Source: Mesoplasma florum L1 | GTDB taxonomy: Bacteria; Bacillota_I; Bacilli_A; Mycoplasmatales; Mycoplasmataceae | DNA length: 32,000 nt | Direction: 5' to 3' | Assembly (NCBI RefSeq): GCF_000008305.1 | Contig: NC_006055.1 | Coordinates: 270,001 to 302,000 of the forward strand | Shown: piece by piece, positions 24,401 to 32,000 of the stretch | Numbering within the stretch: position 1 is the stretch's first letter | Layout of the letters: the number at the start of each line of letters is the position of its first letter | Notes under the pieces: generated by a model | Databases searched by the model: none | What the model saw: only the letters and a program-made list of their open reading frames with translations | Told to the model about the DNA's origin: nothing | Program-made: the position numbers and the translations under genes

Positions 24401-26539
24401 TTAACTCAAGCTATACCAATGATATTAGGAAGTATCTTAGGATCAGGGACATCTGGTGATGAAAAAGATTGAAAAGAACAAATACTTTCAGTTATAGCAT
24501 CATCTGCTCCAGCTTTTGTTCAAAGTTATATTCAAAACCCATCAAGAGTTGAACAATATGGATTTGGATATAATGTTAAAAAAATATATAAAGATAGTGA
24601 AACTTTTGCAACTAATATTCAAGTTTCAAATAATGAAAATAATATTAAATTAACAGGTCTAGAGCAAAATCAAAAAGCCTTTACTATAAACAATAGTTTA
24701 CAAAATAAACTTTTTGTAAGTGAAGAAACTTTAAATAAATTAAATAACGTATTTAATGGTACAAAATATGATTCTGATATTGAAGAAAATGGCTTTAAAT
24801 ATTATGATCATGAAACAAACACAGTAAATGTGCCAATTTTACCAAACAAGCAAGCTTTAAACTCATATGGATTAAATAAAAATAATACAATTGATAATAT
24901 TTTTACAAAACAACAACAAATTTTATTCGAACATAAAAATGGAGAGAATATAACATATGATGTTCTACCAAAAGAAGCTTGAATATATGATGATTCTGAT
25001 TTTGTTAACTCAAATTACTTTAACAGTTCTTTTATTAAAGGTAGTGAAAACGCTAATACAGTAATGAATGATAGAACAGGAACATATGAAACAGACAAAA
25101 ATTATTTAAGTTTATATGATTTAGATAATAATAAGTTTACATATAAATATTTATATGACAAGAACAATATACTTCAAAAAGACAGCTATTTATTCAATGA
25201 TTTTGCTGTTAAAAATAATGAAGGAATTTCATATGTTAGACCATATTATGAATACTCAAATATTAAATTGTTTTTACCTAAAGCATTATTAAATGAAGAG
25301 AAAAAAAATGGAATTAATAAATGAGCAAATTACAATCAAAAAGATGGTGTAGTTACTGATGGATATTTTAAAGACAATGTTAGTGTAAATGACATTCCAT
25401 CAGCCACTAAAAAAGCGTGAGAATCAACTTATGGAATTGATGCTAGTTCTGATGGTTATATAATGATAAAACCTTATTCATTAGAGTATAGTTTATCTAA
25501 AGAAGAATCTATTAATAGAGGATTAGCAAATATTGTAGATGGACAACCTTTATGATTTCTTGATGCAATGAGAGCAAACTTATTTAAACAAGAAGCAGCT
25601 CAAGTTAAATACGCAAATACTGATTTAAAAGTTAATTTAAAATCAGTTGGAAGTCTTGATTCATATAATGGTAGTTTAACTATTGTTGATCAAGGATTAG
25701 CTAACTTAATTGGTAATTTCTCAATTAGCAAAAAATATGATGTTAATTATAATTTCTTTGAACCTGAAATTGTTGTTAAAGCAGGAGATACAATCAATGC
25801 TAATGGTGTATCATTTATATCTAGCTATGATAAATATAAATTACATAATGAAAGCGAAGATTTATATGTTTCAGATTATACAAAAATGTTAAATGGTGGA
25901 GCTAGCTCACTTAATTACACACAAATGATGTGAAACAATGCTAAATTTTCTAATATTGATGAACCAGTTGATCTAACTACTGGATTCCTTCAAACAACAC
26001 AAGAGAACAATGGTATTCTACTTTTATCACAAGTCCCAATTAGTAATATATCTAAAGAAAATTTAAGATTACAAGTAGCTGATCAAAAATTATTAAGCAT
26101 TGAAAAAGACTTAATTGCACAAATTTCTCAATTAGCAATTTCAATTGCCATGTTAATTATTGTAAGTGTTATTATAACCTCTTCGTTATTGATTATATTA
26201 ATTGGAGATATTTACATAACGCATTATGAAAGATTTATGATTTTAATGAAATCATTTGGTTATTCAAACTGAAAAGTTCAGAAATACTCATTTGGAACTG
26301 TAACTATTTTATCTATTATTGGATGAATAATAGCTACATTATTAGCATGTGGATTAATAGCATTAATTATGTTCATGCTTAAAATGTCAGGGCTTGCTGT
26401 TCCATTCATTATTTCATGATGACCATTTGTTGCCAGTTTAGCTGTTGTTTCTATTTCTTATTTTGGAAGTTTAATTTTAATTTCTAAAAAAGTAAGAAAA
26501 GGTGATCCAGCAGGTCTATTGATGGAAACTCATGAATAA
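21458..26539 (+). CDS. Giant FtsX/MacB-like ABC transporter permease (1693 aa) with duplicated 1+3 TM architecture
   Basis: Single frame from ATG 21458 to TAA 26537 when TGA is Trp. TM near the N-terminus, large ectodomain, three TMs with NTKQIGILKALGVEPHN, a fifth TM, a second large ectodomain, three C-terminal TMs with YERFMILMKSFGYSNWKVQKYSFG; ends RKGDPAGLLMETHE. Confidence 0.9.
22619..22648 (+). repeat. Hexanucleotide tandem repeat (ACGAAT)x5 encoding (Asn-Thr)n
   Basis: Five consecutive ACGAAT units inside the 21458 permease, in frame (..NYTNTNTNTNTND..). Confidence 0.95.
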
Positions 26540-26544
26540 AAAAT

Positions 26545-26591
26545 AAAAACTTATCACTTTGGAAATTATCCAAAAATTGATAAGTTTTTTT
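26545..26591 (+). terminator. Rho-independent terminator after the first giant permease
   Basis: AAAAACTTATCA ... TGATAAGTTTTT 12-bp stem and T-run. Confidence 0.8.
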
Positions 26592-26606
26592 ATCATATAG
26601 TATAAT
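26577..26606 (+). promoter_or_regulatory. Promoter of the second giant permease, overlapping the terminator
   Basis: TTGATA (26577-26582), 18-bp spacer, TATAAT (26601-26606), 28 nt before ATG 26634. Confidence 0.65.
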
Positions 26607-26633
26607 CTTATTAAAAGAAATAAAGGCGATAAA

Positions 26634-29600
26634 ATGGACAAATTTAAAAATAATTTATTATTTTTTAAACAAAGTTTAAAATCTATATTTAAGTTTAGGA
26701 TTCAATTCCTAAGTATTTTGTTATTGTCTTTTATGTCAATTGTAGTTTTAACAAGTTCATTAACAATAAAAGATAGACTTAATGATACTTATAATTCTGT
26801 TGTTGGAGATGTTGAAAAATTTGATTATCATGTTTCAGATCAAATGTCTTTTATTAAAAACCAACCTTCAACTAATAAAGTTTCAAAACAATTAATACTT
26901 AGTTTTTTACCAGTTGATTCAAGAACAAGTGTTGATCAACAAGAAACAGTAAACATTAACTTTAATTCAATATATGGAAGAACATTTATTACAGAAGCTT
27001 TTGAAAAAGACAATAGAATGCTTAATACTTTTATTTCAAATACTTTCAATGAAGATTCAAATAATAATTGAAATGCATTTTCATCAAATGCGTTTTTCTG
27101 AACTACAAGAATGTTGTTATTAGAAAGTTTTTATACCGATTTAGATCTTTACTATAACCATAACGATTCAAGTGTAGATTATTTAAATTACGTTCCTATA
27201 GTTAGTTATATAAATGAAATAGATGATAAAAGTTTTATAGAAAACGATTTAAATAATATAAAAACAAATCTTTCAACAAAAAAATTTGATGAAAACATAA
27301 ACGAAAACAATACTGTTTTTACTCTTAATAGTCTAAATAACAATGAATCACAAACTAATGATATTATCGGAATTGAGAATAAAGACATTTATTTATATGC
27401 ATCAAATGCATTTTCAAGTGCTTTTGCTTTTATCAGAGAATTTTTAAATAGTTCTAATTGAAGTTTTGAAAATGAAAATAGAGGAAAAGCTATTTTTCAA
27501 TTTATAACAGGTCAAGATATTCAAAATAACTGAAATCAATCAAATGTAAACCAAGAGTGAGTAGTTAATGAGCAAAATAAATTGTATGATTCTGTAGTTA
27601 CAGGAGATACAAAAGAAAAAAACTATATATATGTATCAAAAGATACAAATAATTCTGATGTGTATGCAAAAATTAAGAGTAATGGTTTAAAGGGTAAAGC
27701 AACCCCAATTGTTGCGTTTTATGATGATGAAGATAAAATTACAAAAGCTTCAACTGAATATATTAATTTAAACCCTTTAAGTTTAAATTCAAATAGTTTA
27801 AATGATGATTGAAGTGGTAAATTTAGTGCAATCAATAACTCTAACATGTCTGATCAGTTTTTTGGTAATTTGTTTTCAGAAAGAAATATTGAATGATTAA
27901 CTTGAAGTCAAAGCAATTACTCTTTATTTGAAGCTAATAGCCCATGAACAAACAATATTTCAAATAATTATAGAATGTTCTTAAAAATTGCAGCATCTTA
28001 CTCTAATTTTAATATTGAATTTAGAAAAGAGTTTAATGTATTTGATAATTTAAATCAAATTCAATATAAAGCAGTAATACTTGATGAATATAATCATACT
28101 AACCTGAAAATATTAAATGATAATGAGGGTGGTAGATTACCTTTAAATCATGGTGAAATATTAGTTTCTGAACAATATGCAAAAGCACATAATATTAAAA
28201 ATAATTCAACTATAAAAATAGGACCTCAAGTTTTAACTGTAGTTGGTATTGCTACTGATACGTTTTCTTACTATCCAATAGTTGATGAAAATGTGCCATT
28301 TCCTCAATATAGAAACTCAGCTATTATATATGGAACTGAACAAACATTGTTCCCAATTGTTGAAAATTCACAATCAACTTCAAAAGAACAAATATCTAAT
28401 ACTAATATTAATTATTTCCTATGATCTAAAGACAATAGTGCTAGCAAAAACTTTGAAACCTTTGCATCATTCACTCCGTTATCAAAAAATACTAAAACTT
28501 TTAATGAATCAAGTTATAGAATGAACTGAGTGCTTCAACCATCAATAGTTTCAGGGTTATTAATAATCATGATTTCAATATCTGTTATTGTTGGTGTTAT
28601 ATCATTATTGGGAGTTGTAATTTACATTAAAAAAATGGTTAAAGCAAATATAAAACAAATAGCAATATTAAAGGCTATGGGAGTAAATTCATTCTCAATA
28701 GCAAAATCATATGCTGCTGTTGGTTTAATTATAACTTTCTTAGTTATACCTATTGGTTGAATGGTTGGAACATCAGTACAGTTAATATTTATTAAAATGT
28801 TTATTCCATATTTTAGTGTACAGATTTCTCAAATATCAATCTCAATGGTTGCTTTATTAATTGGTGTATTTGCATTTGGTTTTGCTGTAATTATTTTATC
28901 AATATTATTTGCTTACATTGAAACAAGAGAAGATGTAACTTTAATGTTAAACAAGGTTGGTAAAGTAAAACAACAAGCTGCAATAATGAATTGAATTAAT
29001 AGAGTTTTTGCAAATTCAAAATTCACATTAAGATTCAGTTTAATTGTAAGTGCATCAGCAATTAGAAATACAACAACAACTGCATTTGTAATTTTCATTT
29101 CATCATTCTTGATTTTCTTCGGATTGTCAATTCCGGCTTTAGTTGAAACAACTAAAAATGGTTACTATAACCATTTGAACTATAACAACCAACATAGATT
29201 TGTAGAAAATGTATATAACGCGCCATTGTCAAAATCGACAATTAGTTATACTGAAGATTTGAAAACCATCGACGCGAACTATAAAACTACATCTTTAATG
29301 GAATATTATTCAAATCCAACATATAGTTATGATTCATCATTTGATGTTTCTCCACTATCTAAATATGTTTATTCAAAAAACCAAGCTGGTAGTGGGCAAA
29401 TTACAAATACATTTAAATATATTGTTAATGATTCAAGTAACAATGCAGTTTATTCAACAGAAATTGAAGAAAATGGTAATAACACAGGATTATTCCAATT
29501 AATCACTGAACAATTTGGTAACAACTTTGCAAATGGTATAGGTTCACAATTTAGTGTTGGTATGATAGATCAAGCGCTAAACGTTATTATGAACTCTTAT

Positions 29601-31808
29601 TATGATGCAACAGCTTATGGCACAAACGCTTATTCTAGAATAAATAGTGACATGGATAACTTAAATAAATTTAATATCATAACAAAAAACTTAACAGATG
29701 CAATACCAATGATACTTGGTGCTGTTTTGGGTGGGGGTTCTGGAGAATCAAGCGGTAATTGAAAAGAAGATATTTTATCAATTATTTTAAAAAATGTTCC
29801 ACCTTATGTAGAGAGATATTTACAAGACCCTTCACGTAAAGAACAATATGCTTTTGGATATAATGTTAAAAAAGTAACTAAAAATGAAGATTCATTAGCA
29901 ACAAGCATCAATGTTGATACTGAAGAATATAAAAATATGAGTTTTACAGGAATAAACCCTAATCAACAAGCATTTGATCTAAACAATGAAAAAATATTTG
30001 TAAGTGATAAAACAGCTACTGAAATTGAAATGTTAATAAATAATCAATGAGATATGACAAAATCAATTTCAGAAAATGGCTTTGTTTATTATGATGCTCA
30101 AACAAAAACTTTAACAATTCCTATAATGCCAAACAATCAAGCAAAAAATAAATATCATTTATCAAATAACAAGGTTTTACAAAATGAAAGTGTATTTGGA
30201 AATCAATTAAAATTTAAATCAAAAAATGATAGTCAATTTTTAAGCTTGCCAAAACAAGCTTGAGTATATAATGATTCAGATTTCTTGAATTCTGATTACT
30301 TTAAAACTAATTTAAATCAAAAAGATAGTGACTCAAATATTAAAAGTAATAGAACTGGTGTAATAAGCGATCAAAACTATTTAGATCCTGCTAATCTTGA
30401 TAACAATAAATTTACTTATAAAATTCAATATACTGGTGAAAATGAAAATACATCATTAGATAATAATGCTTATATGTTTAATGATTTTGCTGTTGATAAC
30501 AATGAGAATGGTGTAAGTTATGTTAGGCCATACTATCAATATGAAAATATTGAGTTATTTATTCCAGAAAACTTAATTGGTTCAGTTGATGAATGAGCTA
30601 ATACAACAAACAATACACCTGATAAATCAAAATACTTTGAATCAGATATTAGTGGTGAAAATATACCAAAAGATGTTAAACATGCTTGAGAAAGTATGTA
30701 CTCATCAGCAAAAGACTCAAAATATATTAAAATCAAACCTTATTCTTTAAGTTATAAAAGAACAGATTATAAAAACAAAGGTTTAGCAAACTTGTTAGAA
30801 AAAGAATCTAATTATGTTTGATATGCAAGTGCCATGAGAAATAATTTATTTAAGCAAGAAAATGATTCTGTTAAGTATTTAAATTCAAACTTAAATATAG
30901 ATTACAAAGTTGTTGGAACATTAAATTCTTACAACACAAGTATGATCTTAATGGATCAAAAGATGGCTAATATTCTTTCAAATTATTCTCTAGCAAAAAA
31001 ACAAGATGTTAAAAATAATGTTTTTGAAGATACTCCAAAAGTTAAAGCAGGACAAACTATAACAGATAATAATGGAAATAAAATTGTCAGTGAATTTGAT
31101 AGATATGAATTACATGATGATAACAAAGATATTTATTTAAATGATTGAACTAATATGTTATCTGAAGGTGCAGACTCAACACAATATACTCAATACATGT
31201 GAAGTAATACAAAATATTCAAATGTTGAAGAATCGATTGATTTAACAACTGGTATATGACAAAGTATTTCAGAAAACAATGGATTATTAATGTTAAGTCA
31301 AACACCAATTGGAAATATATCTGATGGATTTGTAACAAGCAGTATTATAAGTTCTAAACTTCTTTCAACTGAAAAAGAATTAATTAAACAAATAACAAGT
31401 CTAGCTATTGTTTTAGGTTCATTCTTTATTATAATTGTAATTATCACGGCATCGTTATTAATAATGTTAATCGGAGATATCTACATTGCTTCGCTACAAA
31501 GGTTTATGATATTAATGAAGTCATTCGGATATTCAAACTGAAAAACCCAGAAATATTCATTTGGTGTAGTTAGTGTATTAGCAATATTTGCATGATTTAT
31601 ATCAACATTATTAGCAACTGCAGCAATGTCTTCAGTTTCAATAATTCTAGCTTCATACGGACTTGCAATACCAATGGCACTAACTTGATGACCATTTATT
31701 GTTTCTGCAGTTATTATCGGATTATCTTTCTTTGGAAGTCTATCTGTTATAACTAGAAAAATAAGAAAAGGTGACCCTGCAGGATTATTAAGTGAAACTC
31801 ATGAATAA
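26634..31808 (+). CDS. Giant FtsX/MacB-like ABC transporter permease, paralog of 21458..26539 (1724 aa)
   Basis: Single frame ATG 26634 to TAA 31806 under code 4. NIKQIAILKAMGVNSFSIAKSY, GLFQLITEQFGNNFANGIGSQFSVG, LQRFMILMKSFGYSNWKTQKYSFG; ends RKGDPAGLLSETHE. Same layout as the upstream permease. Confidence 0.9.
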
Positions 31809-31818
31809 AGGAGAAATT

Positions 31819-32000
31819 ATGAAAAAAGTAGCAATAATTTTACATAAAAATTTTGAAGAATCAGAAGCTATTGTAACAATTGATATACTAAGAAGATCTG
31901 AAATTATTGTAGATATATACAATATTGAAAATAAAGATTTTCAAGTAGGTTCTCATAATATAATTGTAAAAACAGAATATAATATTCAATCGCTGAATTC
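31819..32000 (+). CDS. DJ-1/PfpI family protein, truncated by window end
   Basis: MKKVAIILHKNFEESEAIVTIDILRRSEIIVDIYNIENKDFQVGSHNIIVKTEYNIQSLN resembles the DJ-1 N-terminus; preceded by AAAGGAG. Confidence 0.8.
   Translation, partial: MKKVAIILHKNFEESEAIVTIDILRRSEIIVDIYNIENKDFQVGSHNIIVKTEYNIQSLN

Overview
Mollicute chromosome segment, probably the Mesoplasma/Entomoplasma/mycoides side of the Spiroplasma group (inference from gene content and lipoprotein signal peptides). It is AT-rich, and TGA must be read as Trp (translation table 4). The supplied standard-code ORF track therefore splits most genes; I rejoined the fragments by frame and checked stop codons. Gene content in order: trmFO (5'-truncated), ung, yhaM-like HD exoribonuclease; minus-strand operon lipoprotein -> lipoprotein -> HIT protein (a P80-P60-HinT-like arrangement); sufS-sufU, 5-formyltetrahydrofolate cyclo-ligase; MerR/AdhR-like regulator and aldo/keto reductase; small membrane protein with Cys/His motif; pgi; ABC ATPase and permease; dimeric dUTPase-like protein and SpoU/TrmH methyltransferase; gapN; 831-aa lipoprotein and 1693-aa FtsX/MacB-like permease; a second 1724-aa paralogous permease; DJ-1/PfpI-like gene (3'-truncated). 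The strongest finding is a putative MerR-type regulon. A 21-bp element TTGCATTAAAGTAGGTTTAAT lies, with a 19-bp -35/-10 spacer, in front of both the merR-like gene and the aldo/keto reductase, and a diverged copy with the same 19-bp spacing lies in front of gapN. The second most notable system is the tandem pair of giant duplicated-domain FtsX-like permeases with a large lipoprotein and no ATPase gene beside them. No tRNA, rRNA, CRISPR or IS element was recognised.
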